Shown: positions 1 to 9,756 of the stretch, piece by piece
How the letters are laid out: each line of letters starts with the position of its first letter
Position numbering within the stretch: the stretch's first letter is position 1
Origin: Nanobdellota archaeon
GTDB taxonomy: Archaea > Nanobdellota > Nanobdellia > Pacearchaeales > GW2011-AR1
Direction of reading: 5' to 3'
DNA: 64,000 nt
NCBI GenBank assembly: GCA_038045945.1
Contig: JBBSXC010000001.1
Span: forward strand, 52,592 to 116,591
Made by a program: the position numbers and the translations under genes
The notes under the pieces: model-generated
Told to the model about the DNA's origin: nothing
Database searches by the model: none
What the model saw: the letters and a program-made list of their open reading frames with translations, nothing else

Positions 1-84
1 GCCAGAAGTATCCTAATAAGAATATTATTCCAACACCGAACCATATCAGGTCCGTGGTTAATAACTGTGATATTAGAGCCATCG

Positions 85-648
85 TTACTTTTTGTTTATT
101 CCGTAAAGCATTTTAGTGTATCCAGAATTATCAATTGATCCTAGACCCTCACCAATCATCGATATTACTTCTTTAATCAATTTTTTCGCCCCCATTATTT
201 CTTTTCTGGCGTGGCATAAGTATTCTATTTCCATCCAGTACCCTATATTGCTAACTTTGTTTATTTCTATGTGCAGCTTGTTATTCTTTTTGTAAGTGTA
301 AACTTCGCTTATTTTTTTCTTGTGTATCCATTCTTTGAACCCTAAGTCTTTTTGCAGTTCTAAGAAGAATTTTACGTCGCTTTTATGGTTTAGCACTAGT
401 TCGAATTCTTCTTTTACAACTACTTCCTTATCTGATAGGTTATCAGACTTTTTTTTGAAGTTTACAACATACTGGTTTTTTACTTTTCTTATCCTGAAGG
501 ACTTTTTTGGGTATCCTTTTATGTGTAATGCGAAATAATCATCATTTTTTGTTTGTTTTTCTTTAAATGTCGCTATTTTTGCTACTTCTTTTTTTATTTT
601 TTTGTAGTCTAAAATTTTTATTTTTGATTCTACTTCGTACCATGACAT
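85..648 (-). CDS. CYTH-domain protein (class IV adenylate cyclase / triphosphate tunnel metalloenzyme-like)
   Basis: N-terminal YEVExKxKILD (ExExK-like motif), central FRIRK, C-terminal MEIEYL; size 187 aa fits CyaB/CYTH. Confidence 0.5.
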   Translation of the reverse strand: MSWYEVESKIKILDYKKIKKEVAKIATFKEKQTKNDDYFALHIKGYPKKSFRIRKVKNQYVVNFKKKSDNLSDKEVVVKEEFELVLNHKSDVKFFLELQKDLGFKEWIHKKKISEVYTYKKNNKLHIEINKVSNIGYWMEIEYLCHARKEIMGAKKLIKEVISMIGEGLGSIDNSGYTKMLYGINKK

Positions 649-763
649 TATTTATTCACCATTCTTTTATGATTTATTAATGGTTTTTTAGTTTTATAAA
701 ACTATTCAGTGCAGAGCAATAGAATTTTTAAAGAAAAAGGTTTCTTTTTTGTGATCAACAGAA

Positions 764-1120
764 ATGACTAATACTAAAAAAGAATCTAAAGATAGAAGAT
801 TTTTAAGGCAACCTCGCGAATATGGACCGAATGATTTTTTTGAGGGTGAAAGAGTCGTTATATATTTATTTCCAGAACATGGTCTAGAAGCAGACTTGAT
901 TAGAGGTACTGTGACGTCAACTGATTCTTATAAAAGATGGTATAACCAGACATTCCCTGCGTTAAGGGTGATAATTGAGGGTTCTGCTTTAACATCTAGT
1001 GTAAGAAGTAGAGTGCCAAGAGAGAATTTTTGGTTAAAAACATCTCTACCTTATGAAACACCAATAGCGTATTATAGAATTGCTAGAAAAAATCCTTATG
1101 TTCAAGACCAGGCTAAATAA
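764..1120 (+). CDS. hypothetical protein
   Basis: 118-aa ORF with ordinary composition; no recognisable motif. Confidence 0.35.
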   Translation: MTNTKKESKDRRFLRQPREYGPNDFFEGERVVIYLFPEHGLEADLIRGTVTSTDSYKRWYNQTFPALRVIIEGSALTSSVRSRVPRENFWLKTSLPYETPIAYYRIARKNPYVQDQAK

Positions 1121-1629
1121 ACGTATAATTCTTCAAAGAATAATTTTTGTTTTGCTACTATTTTGAATTTGTATCCTTCTCTTACCAAGATTTTTTCTAC
1201 GTCTGGTGTCATTGAGCTTGACAAAAATAATATTTTTCCATCTTCTACTAAGAAGTTTTTTGCTCCAATGAGAAATCTTTCTATTATTTCGTTGCCTTTT
1301 TCTCCTCCGCTGGTTATTACTGCGCTTTCTTCATCTTCTAATTCTTCTTTTGGTAGGTATGGTGGATTAAATATTATTATGTGGAATTTGTCTGATTCTG
1401 GTACGTTATCGAATAAGTCTGATTGTTTTGTTTTTATTCCTAAATTTTTGCAGAATTTTACTGCTTCCTGGTTTATGTCTACTGCGTATACTTCTGCTCC
1501 GCACTCTTTTGCTTCTAGTGCTAGTATTCCGCTTCCTGTTCCCACGTCTAATACTTTCATTCCTTCTTTTACGTAGTCGCTTATTTCGTACTTTAGTAAA
1601 AACGAGTCTTCTGCTGGTTCGTAAATCAT
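1102..1629 (-). CDS. HemK/Mtq2-family N5-glutamine (release factor) methyltransferase
   Basis: VLDVGTGSGILAL SAM motif I and the diagnostic IIFNPPYLP (NPPY) motif. Confidence 0.8.
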   Translation of the reverse strand: MIYEPAEDSFLLKYEISDYVKEGMKVLDVGTGSGILALEAKECGAEVYAVDINQEAVKFCKNLGIKTKQSDLFDNVPESDKFHIIIFNPPYLPKEELEDEESAVITSGGEKGNEIIERFLIGAKNFLVEDGKILFLSSSMTPDVEKILVREGYKFKIVAKQKLFFEELYVYLAWS

Positions 1630-1952
1630 GAAAATTTCCCTCTTCTAATTTTCAGGATGTCGAAATGTACACATTTCTTAATCATAAATTTATTGTAATA
1701 CTTCCCCATATAAACCTTTTTATGTCAAGAAGATTGTTTTTTTATTATCATAAATTTTTTATGCAGAACTTTAAAAGTTTGTAATCAGAACTTTTATATA
1801 CTAGTTATGCTATAATGTATTATGTTAGTTATAAGACAGCTTACAACAATGAATTCTATTAAGGCTGGCTGTGCTTATGATAATATTAAGTGCTTCTACT
1901 GAAGAGCTCTTAATAAATAACTAAAAATTTCTTAAGAAACATCTTCCAAAAC

Positions 1953-2270
1953 ATGACACTTAAATCTATAACCCCTGAACTTGAACATAAGCTGACAGTT
2001 AGCAACTTAGTCTTTTTAGCTATTAGTAAGCTTAGTATTAGGCAGCTTGAAATATTGAAGAAGGTTCACAAGTATCATAGTGTTAAGTCTTCTTCTCTTA
2101 TTCGTGAGGTTGAGAGAAGGCTTGGTTTTTCTAAGAAGAAGACGATTAGTGAGATTGAGGAATTGGGTGAACTAAAACTTCTTGCTCCTAGGATTATTGA
2201 TAATAGCAGGGAGCTTGAGCTTACTGAGCTTGGTGAACTTATAACTGCTGAAGTTGAAAGAGAAGTATAA
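1953..2270 (+). CDS. hypothetical small protein (possible wHTH)
   Basis: 105-aa ORF, helical heptad-like sequence; weak. Confidence 0.3.
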   Translation: MTLKSITPELEHKLTVSNLVFLAISKLSIRQLEILKKVHKYHSVKSSSLIREVERRLGFSKKKTISEIEELGELKLLAPRIIDNSRELELTELGELITAEVEREV

Positions 2271-2276
2271 AAAATT

Positions 2277-3548
2277 TTAGTCAAGAATAATTGGTTTTGC
2301 TGTATTCAAAATGTTATCAAAGACTTTTTTTACTTTTGTGAAGTTTTTGTTACCTAATGATTTGTGTAGTATCGCTACAGGATGGTAACCCAAGTATTCT
2401 CCAACCATCATTTTGTCATTAACAGAATGCATTAATTCTTCATTGTCCACGATTATCATTGGTGCAGCTATTTTTCCAGGATAAGTGTAAACCGATAAGT
2501 TTTTTGATTTTCCAGAACGAAGATATATGTCTCTTAAATTTGCTACTGTTGCTAACCATTCATGCATCATGCGGCTGTCTTTAACATTTTTAACAAATTT
2601 TTCTTCTGTAAACACTCTTTCTTGAAATTCTTTAGTTGATGAGTCGGCTAATAACACTCTTACTTGCTGGTCTTTTTTTATTAGTTCTATTATTTTTTTA
2701 CGCCCTTCATGAACAGCTGATAGGCATGTTGATCCTAAAATATCTATTGACTTATTTGCTTTTTCGAAAAAGTTGTACAGGTTTATTTCGTGACGTGAAT
2801 CAAAAACCTTTTTGTCGCTTAATGCTATTGCCCATAATTTTTCAAAATAACTTTGAAATGATGCTGCTGCGCTTTGAGAGTGGATAACTACTGATATTAT
2901 TGGTCTTGCATCCCATAAAACCCATGCTACTTTATCTCCATAAACCCATGTGGAGGTTGAGCTTTTGTGAGCGGACTTTAAAAAACGCAGTTCTCCGCTA
3001 ATATTCTTCATAAATGGTAGTGAGTCTGACAAGTCGTTAAGAATAACTCTTGATTTTACACCAAGCCTCTTTTTTTTCATTTGAGCTGATTTGTAGTAGT
3101 CTTCTCCGACGTTACGAACCATTTCGCTACTTCTTCCTATTGCCACGTATTCCTTTTTCGTTTTAGCACACCAGTCTAACATTCCTTCAAAAAATGATTT
3201 GAAACCGTTAAATCCTATTAGTGTATCGATTTTTGATTCTTTTTCGGTTTCTCTTAATGATTTAGAACTATCAATTATTTTTTTTATTTTTGCTAGTTCG
3301 CTCTTTAGGTTATCTTTTGCTTCCTCACCATATCTTTGCAAGGCCATTATGTTAATAGAATAAACTTTTAGCCCGTTTGTTAGGTTGCATAAAACAAGGC
3401 CTTTTTCTTCTAATCTTCTTATAGAGTTGTAAGCTGTTCCTTTGTGAAGTCCTAGATGTTTAATTACGCTACCAAGTGATGTTTCTCCAGCTGTTAAAAC
3501 TTCGTTAAATATTGATTCTTCTACCTTTGTTAGCTTAAATGTCTTCAT
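2277..3548 (-). CDS. TrmB-family transcriptional regulator with long C-terminal domain
   Basis: N-terminal wHTH (LGSVIKHLGLHKGTAYNSIRRLEEKGLV) as in sugar-specific regulator TrmB, followed by ~330-aa C-terminal region. Confidence 0.55.
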   Translation of the reverse strand: MKTFKLTKVEESIFNEVLTAGETSLGSVIKHLGLHKGTAYNSIRRLEEKGLVLCNLTNGLKVYSINIMALQRYGEEAKDNLKSELAKIKKIIDSSKSLRETEKESKIDTLIGFNGFKSFFEGMLDWCAKTKKEYVAIGRSSEMVRNVGEDYYKSAQMKKKRLGVKSRVILNDLSDSLPFMKNISGELRFLKSAHKSSTSTWVYGDKVAWVLWDARPIISVVIHSQSAAASFQSYFEKLWAIALSDKKVFDSRHEINLYNFFEKANKSIDILGSTCLSAVHEGRKKIIELIKKDQQVRVLLADSSTKEFQERVFTEEKFVKNVKDSRMMHEWLATVANLRDIYLRSGKSKNLSVYTYPGKIAAPMIIVDNEELMHSVNDKMMVGEYLGYHPVAILHKSLGNKNFTKVKKVFDNILNTAKPIILD

Positions 3549-3634
3549 AGTAGTCGTATAAGGCGACTAATCTTGTTTAAATATATTGTTATTTTGTTTT
3601 ATTAATGAATGATTGGAGGAATGACTGATTTATC

Positions 3635-4453
3635 ATGGGGATCTATATACCGTATCCCTCTTCAAATCATACTACATCTGTAAGTGACTTTGTTATAACT
3701 ACTTTAACTTCTAAATGGCCTTTAACTGCTAAAAAACTCCATTACCATATTAAGTCTTATCAGAATTGTTCTTATCAGGGCGTTCATAAAGCTCTTAAAC
3801 AACTTTTAGAGTTTCAAGTTGTTGAAAAGGTTGGTAGAGAGTACTTTATCAGTAAGGATTGGTTACGATCCACTGCTAATCATTTGAAGCTTATTGAGCA
3901 GCAGTATAATAAGCCTAATAAAGCGGTTAATAACACTTTTATTTTTAATAGTTTAGAAGAAGCTGAGAGGTTTAAGAACGATCTTCATTGGAATCATCTT
4001 TATCATGGTGGACCTCAGGTCCTTTATGCTCATGTTTATCATTTAAGGTCTCCTATTATTAATACTGAGAGCATTCTTAAAAAGATTGAGAAGGATAGAG
4101 CTTCTAATAATGAGTCTTTTATTATTGTTCATGGCCAGACTAAGCTTGATAAGCATTGTAAGCATTTTTATGAGCAGTCTGGCAAGAATAATGTTGTACT
4201 TGGTAAAATTTTAGAAAATGATTGTGAGTTAAGAGTTATGGGTGATACTATAACTCAGATGTATCTTCCTAAAGAGCTTATTAGTCAACTTGACGAGTTT
4301 TATGATTCTGCTTCTATTAATAATCTCGAATTATACAAATTGTATGGTTTATTCAAAGAACAACACCAGATCAGGATTACTGTAACTATTAATAAGGAAA
4401 TGGCTAACTTGTTAAAAAAGCAGATTCTTCAGTCTTTTATATCTTCAAATTGA
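3635..4453 (+). CDS. hypothetical protein, N-terminal wHTH-like
   Basis: YQGVHKALKQLLEFQVVEKVGREYFISKDWL resembles a winged-helix recognition segment. Confidence 0.35.
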   Translation: MGIYIPYPSSNHTTSVSDFVITTLTSKWPLTAKKLHYHIKSYQNCSYQGVHKALKQLLEFQVVEKVGREYFISKDWLRSTANHLKLIEQQYNKPNKAVNNTFIFNSLEEAERFKNDLHWNHLYHGGPQVLYAHVYHLRSPIINTESILKKIEKDRASNNESFIIVHGQTKLDKHCKHFYEQSGKNNVVLGKILENDCELRVMGDTITQMYLPKELISQLDEFYDSASINNLELYKLYGLFKEQHQIRITVTINKEMANLLKKQILQSFISSN

Positions 4454-5141
4454 ATACTCTGATGGCATTGCCATGTAATATCAGGTTTTTTTCTTCTTGT
4501 GTTAATTCAGATTTTAACACTTTTAGTATTTCTATTTGGTGATCTGAGAATGGTACGTCTGATCCGAACATTATTCTGTCTGCCCCTACTTGTTTTGCTC
4601 TTAGTTTTATTATGAATGGTGATGATACTATTGATGTTTCCACGTACACATTGTCGCATGCTTGCATTCTTGAGAAGAATTCGTCTGAGTCTCCAGCAAA
4701 ATGTCCAAACACGAATGGTATTTTTGGGTAACGTTTAGCTAATGTTAATAATCTTTCTGGATCTGTTGATGATAATCCTTCTTTTCTTGTGTGTATTATT
4801 ATGGGTTTTGATTTTTCTGATAATATTTTGAAGAACCATGATAATTGTTCATCTAAAGGGTCAAAGTCTTCTCCTCTAGGGTGGAGTTTTATTGCTACAA
4901 AATCGTCTAATACTCTAACAAGTATATTACGATCAATCACTTTAGGATTGCATCTTAAGACTGGTAATAAGTCTTGATGTAAATCTCTTAACTCTAAACT
5001 ATGCTCAAAAACATCTCTCTGAGATTTTAGAGGAAAAACAAGTGATTTAGTCACACCATGTTTTTTCATTGATTCTAACAGTTGTAGTGAGTTAAGACCT
5101 GTTTTTCCTTCTCCAACATGTGTATGGACATCAATTATCAT
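4437..5141 (-). CDS. amidohydrolase-2 family metal-dependent hydrolase (TIM barrel)
   Basis: MIIDVHTHVG N-terminal metal-binding motif, HTRKEG, FGSDVPF; overlaps upstream gene end (5138/5141). Confidence 0.7.
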   Translation of the reverse strand: MIIDVHTHVGEGKTGLNSLQLLESMKKHGVTKSLVFPLKSQRDVFEHSLELRDLHQDLLPVLRCNPKVIDRNILVRVLDDFVAIKLHPRGEDFDPLDEQLSWFFKILSEKSKPIIIHTRKEGLSSTDPERLLTLAKRYPKIPFVFGHFAGDSDEFFSRMQACDNVYVETSIVSSPFIIKLRAKQVGADRIMFGSDVPFSDHQIEILKVLKSELTQEEKNLILHGNAIRVFNLKI

Positions 5142-5689
5142 AATAATTCTACTCCTATACCAAATGCGTCTCCTCTTTCATATCTTAATACACTATATGT
5201 TCTATTTAAGTTGTCATCCTTTGATAATGGACGAGTTTTTGTCAGCATTCGTCCATAACATCCCTCGACTATTTTTCTTGTTATTTTATAATCTTTTATT
5301 TTTTCTTCAGATACGCATTCATCTAGTATGTTTCTTAATGAATGTTCAATAATAGGGTTTTGTGTTGTTGTTTTTATATTCCTTAGTTTACGTGATAGTC
5401 CTTCATCAACTCTGCACCTCAAAAGGCTATAATAATGACCATTTTTGTGTTTTTCTTCTCTTACTACTGAGCCTGCTAAGTAAAAACTTCCTTCTGATAG
5501 GCTCATTGATGAAAAGCCTACAGCCTTCCCACGTTCATAAGTAACAAATACTAATTCTGGTTCCTGTATATGCCTCTTTACTTCTTCTGGGCTCATTCCT
5601 GAACCAAAAGTAGCAATTGATAAGTCTACTAGTTCATTCATAACACCTTCTGGTATTGGATTTGTTGATTTTTCGAACTTGTTTATCAT
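5138..5689 (-). CDS. hypothetical protein, possible GNAT-like acyltransferase fold
   Basis: beta-strand/acetyl-CoA-like segment VVREEKHKNGHYYSLL; overlaps both neighbours by 4 nt. Confidence 0.35.
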   Translation of the reverse strand: MINKFEKSTNPIPEGVMNELVDLSIATFGSGMSPEEVKRHIQEPELVFVTYERGKAVGFSSMSLSEGSFYLAGSVVREEKHKNGHYYSLLRCRVDEGLSRKLRNIKTTTQNPIIEHSLRNILDECVSEEKIKDYKITRKIVEGCYGRMLTKTRPLSKDDNLNRTYSVLRYERGDAFGIGVELL

Positions 5690-6279
5690 AATGGTTCTCC
5701 TAAAATTATTCTATTCTCTCTTGATGTTACAGGTAAAAATTTTATTTCGGCTTCGAACCCTTCGCTTTTAACTCTTCTTAATCTTGCTTCATCTATGAAG
5801 TGTCCAACTGATTGATAATTCTGAACGCTTTCACCACGCATTAAGTCAGCATATGCCAGAAGATTTCTTTGTGTATGACAACATGTTTGCACAACAAATG
5901 GACTTTTGTTTTTTACTGCTGCTGATATTAATTTGTCTGTTAATTCTCCACATAAGTGCAAACCTGTTAGGAATGCATCTGTTGGTATATCCGTATAATC
6001 TTCTATTCTGCCTACAAATCTAATAAATGGCTTCTTTATTAGTGCAGAATAATAATCAGCTTTTCTTATTAATGCTGGTTCAACCGTTCTTACTGACTTA
6101 ACACTGTCATGTCTTGATAGCATGTAAGCTAATTGATGATCACCTGAGCCTACATCAACTATTTCATAACCGCCTGATATAGAATCAAAAAATTTTGTTG
6201 CTTCTTTATAAAAAGCGAGAACCTTGTCATCAAGGTTAATCTTTCTCTTAGACATCTCTAGCCACCATTCTACCGACAT
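5686..6279 (-). CDS. SAM-dependent methyltransferase
   Basis: EIVDVGSGDHQLAYML motif I, LHLCGELTD motif; overlaps neighbours. Confidence 0.55.
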   Translation of the reverse strand: MSVEWWLEMSKRKINLDDKVLAFYKEATKFFDSISGGYEIVDVGSGDHQLAYMLSRHDSVKSVRTVEPALIRKADYYSALIKKPFIRFVGRIEDYTDIPTDAFLTGLHLCGELTDKLISAAVKNKSPFVVQTCCHTQRNLLAYADLMRGESVQNYQSVGHFIDEARLRRVKSEGFEAEIKFLPVTSRENRIILGEPL

Positions 6280-7810
6280 GGTACAAGTGTTTAATTAATC
6301 CATTAACTCTTTCATCTGTATGGTGATTCATTATTTGGACGTATAATCCTCCAAATCCTTCCGCTTTTTCGTTTAGCCCTACTTTTCTTTTTGATTCTTT
6401 GTATGCTGCTAAGTCTTCTAGTGTTCTTACTTTCATAGTATCACTGTGGGATATGTAGTATCTTTCTTCGTCTCCTGATTCATTAATCCTGTGATATACT
6501 CGATCATTAGCTTTATGTCCCCCTTCTTTCATCTCAAATGGTATTATTGGGCATGCTGAACCAGTTATTAATTTGAACGGGCTTTCTGGGCTTTCTAGTG
6601 CTTGTGATAATTTTTTTGTTAGTCCTTGCATCCTTTCTGCTTCTTTCCTTAGACCGCTCATTCCTCTGCTTGTTAAATAAGCCCATAGCATTACCGCGTT
6701 ATGGCCTGATCTTGATATGAACATTCCGGGTAATTGTCCCATTTCTTCAACAAATTCATAACCTTGGCTTTTATCACTGTGTAAATATGGTGATTCTAGA
6801 CTTGTCTCGTTCATTAGTTCTGTATCTCTGAACATTACAACTCCTCCCCCGTATACTGCCCCTGGTGTTTTGTGAGGGTCTAAAATTATTGCTTTTACTC
6901 CTTCTATCCCAAAGTCCCATTCTTGATGGATTGATTTTTCTCCAATAACAGATGAGAACAAAAATTGTTGTGCTGCATCCACAATTATTGGTGGAGTATT
7001 TTTTCCTCCGTATTTTTCTTTTAGTATTTCAAACATCTCACTTACTTTGTCAAGTCTTCCCTTACTAACGTCACCTACTGTTGGAATAACTGCTAGTATA
7101 TTATCTCCTTGCTTGTGAATTTCATCAATTCTTTCTCTAAAACTTTTAAGGTCTGTTTGATATTTATTATCTAATCCATAGTGTACGACTGAGTCAATAC
7201 CTAAGCCTAAAACATCTGCTGCTCTCTCAACACATAGATGTGCGTCAACGGGTACAAGAATTTTTGGTTTGTCTCCTAAGAAACTTTGTAAGCCTGAAGC
7301 TCTAATTTTTGGTTTATCATGTTTGTTATTGTTTGCGAATGAAAAACCTTCTTTTTCTCTGAAATATTTGTTTCTAAAGGAATAAAGTGCTTGAGTCATT
7401 GATTCGCTGCCTCCCGAGGTAAACCAGGCGTTGCATCTTCTAATGTTTGGGTGGTGCATTAATTCGCCAAGCATGCTCATTGTTTCCCTTTCTAACTCAA
7501 ACATTCCTACAAACATTGCAGGATCAACCAGGTTAGGGTGTATTCTTCCAACTACACTAGCTGCTAGACTATAAGAGAATTGGTCTGGTAAAGTTCCAGG
7601 TTTAGCGTCCATTATTCCTTTATCATAACGAACGGCGCATCTTTCAACTGCTTTTTCCACTTCTTCGACTAATAATTCTTTATCAATGCCTTTTTCTGGT
7701 ATTTTAAAGCATCTTTTTCTTTGTGGAATTATATCAACTAACTTTTTTTTGTTTTGTTGTTTTTCTGAAGAATGATAGCGCTGTATTGGATCAAAAAAAT
7801 CTGCTGTCAT
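6248..7810 (-). CDS. PLP-dependent group II amino-acid decarboxylase
   Basis: TSGGSESM (S-G-G-S-E-S signature of group II decarboxylases) and PLP-lysine context ILDPHKTPGAVYGGGVV; 520 aa. Confidence 0.8.
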   Translation of the reverse strand: MTADFFDPIQRYHSSEKQQNKKKLVDIIPQRKRCFKIPEKGIDKELLVEEVEKAVERCAVRYDKGIMDAKPGTLPDQFSYSLAASVVGRIHPNLVDPAMFVGMFELERETMSMLGELMHHPNIRRCNAWFTSGGSESMTQALYSFRNKYFREKEGFSFANNNKHDKPKIRASGLQSFLGDKPKILVPVDAHLCVERAADVLGLGIDSVVHYGLDNKYQTDLKSFRERIDEIHKQGDNILAVIPTVGDVSKGRLDKVSEMFEILKEKYGGKNTPPIIVDAAQQFLFSSVIGEKSIHQEWDFGIEGVKAIILDPHKTPGAVYGGGVVMFRDTELMNETSLESPYLHSDKSQGYEFVEEMGQLPGMFISRSGHNAVMLWAYLTSRGMSGLRKEAERMQGLTKKLSQALESPESPFKLITGSACPIIPFEMKEGGHKANDRVYHRINESGDEERYYISHSDTMKVRTLEDLAAYKESKRKVGLNEKAEGFGGLYVQIMNHHTDERVNGLIKHLYHVGRMVARDV

Positions 7811-7812
7811 TT

Positions 7813-8847
7813 CTAATAGTATTTTAGAAGCATTACTTTTCTTACTTCTTCCATAGTTTTGCTTGCTTCCTCCCTTGCTTTTTCTCCTCCTTCTCTTAGT
7901 ACTGTCTCTATTGTTTTGTCTGATATGCTGTCAAACCTGTTTCTGTATTCTTTGTATGTTGTTGACATTAATGGTGGTAGTTTTTGTTTGCATTCTCCAC
8001 ATCCTAGTATTGCTTGCCTACAACCGTAGTATACTTCAGCGAATTTTTCTTGGTTGTATATTCTGTGAAGGTCGTAAACGCTGCATTCGTCTGGGTTTCC
8101 TGCGACTTGCATACTTGTTCTTTTTGGGTCTATTCTCATCTTTGCAACTTTTTCTGATAATGTTTTTCCTGTGTCTTGTGGGCTTATCGTGTTTGCGTAA
8201 CTCTTTGACATTTTTCTTCCGTCTGTTCCTAGTATTCTTGGCGCGTTACTTGTCAGTATTTCTGGTACTGGGAATATTGGTCCGTATGTTGCGTTGAATC
8301 TTTTTGCTAATTCTTGGCATAGTTCTATGTGTGGTTTTTGGTCGTCTCCTACAGGTACATATTTTGCTTTGTGTACTAGTATGTCTGCTGCTTGTAATAA
8401 TGGGTATCCTAAAAACCCGTAACTTACTTGGTCTGCTTCTAATTTTTTTCTGTTATGTCCTTCTTCTTTCATTATTTGTACGTATTCTGTGAATGTTGGC
8501 ATTCTCTGAAGTCTTGCTACTGTGTTTAGCATTGATAACGCTACGTGTAACTCTGCGTGTTGTGGTACGTCTGATTGTACAAATATTGTTGATTTTTTTG
8601 GGTCTATTCCGAAAGCTAACCAGTCACGAACCATGTCATAAGTGTTTTTTCTTATTTCTTTTGATTCTGTGTTTGTTGTTAGTGCGTGCCAGTCTGCTAC
8701 GAAGAATTTGCATGCGTATTCTTCTTGTAATTGTAACCATTTTCTTAATACTCCTTCTATGTGCCCTATGTGTAGTCTTCCTGTTGGTCTCATCCCGGAT
8801 AATACTGTAGGTTTTAATTCATCATTAGTTTTTTCTTCTAAACTCAT
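7813..8847 (-). CDS. trpS: tryptophanyl-tRNA synthetase, bacterial type, with C-terminal Cys cluster
   Basis: LSGMRPTGRLHIGH (HIGH), GIDPKKSTIFVQS (near-identical to E. coli GIDPEKSTIFVQS), KMSKS; C-x20-C-x6-C-x2-C near C-terminus resembles [4Fe-4S] TrpRS motif. Confidence 0.9.
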   Translation of the reverse strand: MSLEEKTNDELKPTVLSGMRPTGRLHIGHIEGVLRKWLQLQEEYACKFFVADWHALTTNTESKEIRKNTYDMVRDWLAFGIDPKKSTIFVQSDVPQHAELHVALSMLNTVARLQRMPTFTEYVQIMKEEGHNRKKLEADQVSYGFLGYPLLQAADILVHKAKYVPVGDDQKPHIELCQELAKRFNATYGPIFPVPEILTSNAPRILGTDGRKMSKSYANTISPQDTGKTLSEKVAKMRIDPKRTSMQVAGNPDECSVYDLHRIYNQEKFAEVYYGCRQAILGCGECKQKLPPLMSTTYKEYRNRFDSISDKTIETVLREGGEKAREEASKTMEEVRKVMLLKYY

Positions 8848-9155
8848 AATTATTCATTATTAAAAAGAAACGAAATAGCTTTGGTTGAAGCTTATTCTTT
8901 TTTTAGTGTTATTATTATAAACTAATAGTTGATTTTTTCCTTTATTACTTTAGTATTATGTAGTTTTTCTTGCACAAAACCTTTTTATAGCTCATTATTC
9001 CTTGTTTATTTAATGGAAAGAAGTTTTGGTTCATTAGTCATGGTTTGTAGTATTATGCCTAGATGGACTTATACACCTTCTTCTCATATTTTTGGTTAAG
9101 AGGCTAATTTTTTAGCACTTCTTAAAAAAATAAACTTTTTTACCTCTAAACCAAA

Positions 9156-9518
9156 ATGACTAATAAAAATAAATCTAATGCTTTTGAATTTGACTTAGTA
9201 CTGTCAAGTGTTTTGTCTTTTGTTAAGTGTAAGATTCCTCAGAAACATATTGATGCTCTTAGAATAATTCATCAGGTTGATAGTGAGCTTAATGCTACTT
9301 CTCTTATTACTCTTATTTCTGGTAGTTTGTACTGTTCTACTTCTACTTCTTGGAACATTTTAAGGTCTCTTAATAAGCACGGATTTATTGTTTGTGGTAC
9401 TAAGGATGATAAGGGTAAACTTGTTCGTCTTACAAATTTCGGTATAGTAGTAATAGGAGGTGTTTTTGATGACAAAAAAGTCTTGTCCAAGAATCATAGA
9501 AGAATATTTGCTTCATGA
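9156..9518 (+). CDS. winged-helix (MarR/PadR-like) transcriptional regulator, putative
   Basis: WNILRSLNKHGFIVCGTKDDKGKLVRLTNFG wing pattern. Confidence 0.4.
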   Translation: MTNKNKSNAFEFDLVLSSVLSFVKCKIPQKHIDALRIIHQVDSELNATSLITLISGSLYCSTSTSWNILRSLNKHGFIVCGTKDDKGKLVRLTNFGIVVIGGVFDDKKVLSKNHRRIFAS

Positions 9519-9681
9519 CCCTTTACTTATTGATGACGGCTTGAAGGGTAGAGAAGTTAGTAAGGGTTTAGATGTTCTCCTTAGTGATGGTATGCAGAAC
9601 TCTAATAATTCTTATGATGATCTTAGGAGTATTATTGTTCCCGGCTATGATGGAGGTAATAGTTATGGTGGTATGATCTAG
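9460..9681 (+). CDS. hypothetical small protein
   Basis: 73-aa ORF overlapping end of previous; weak. Confidence 0.2.
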   Translation: MFLMTKKSCPRIIEEYLLHDPLLIDDGLKGREVSKGLDVLLSDGMQNSNNSYDDLRSIIVPGYDGGNSYGGMI

Positions 9682-9756
9682 TGCTCTTTTAGGATATAAT
9701 TAGAAATAATAGTTTTTAGTATAGATTTACTTAAAAGAGAACAGAAACTCATTAGG

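Noticed and set aside
7863-8863. Several plus-strand L/F/C-rich ORFs (144, 62, 105, 73 aa)
   Set aside because: All lie antisense within the bacterial-type trpS gene and have low-complexity hydrophobic translations. Spurious.
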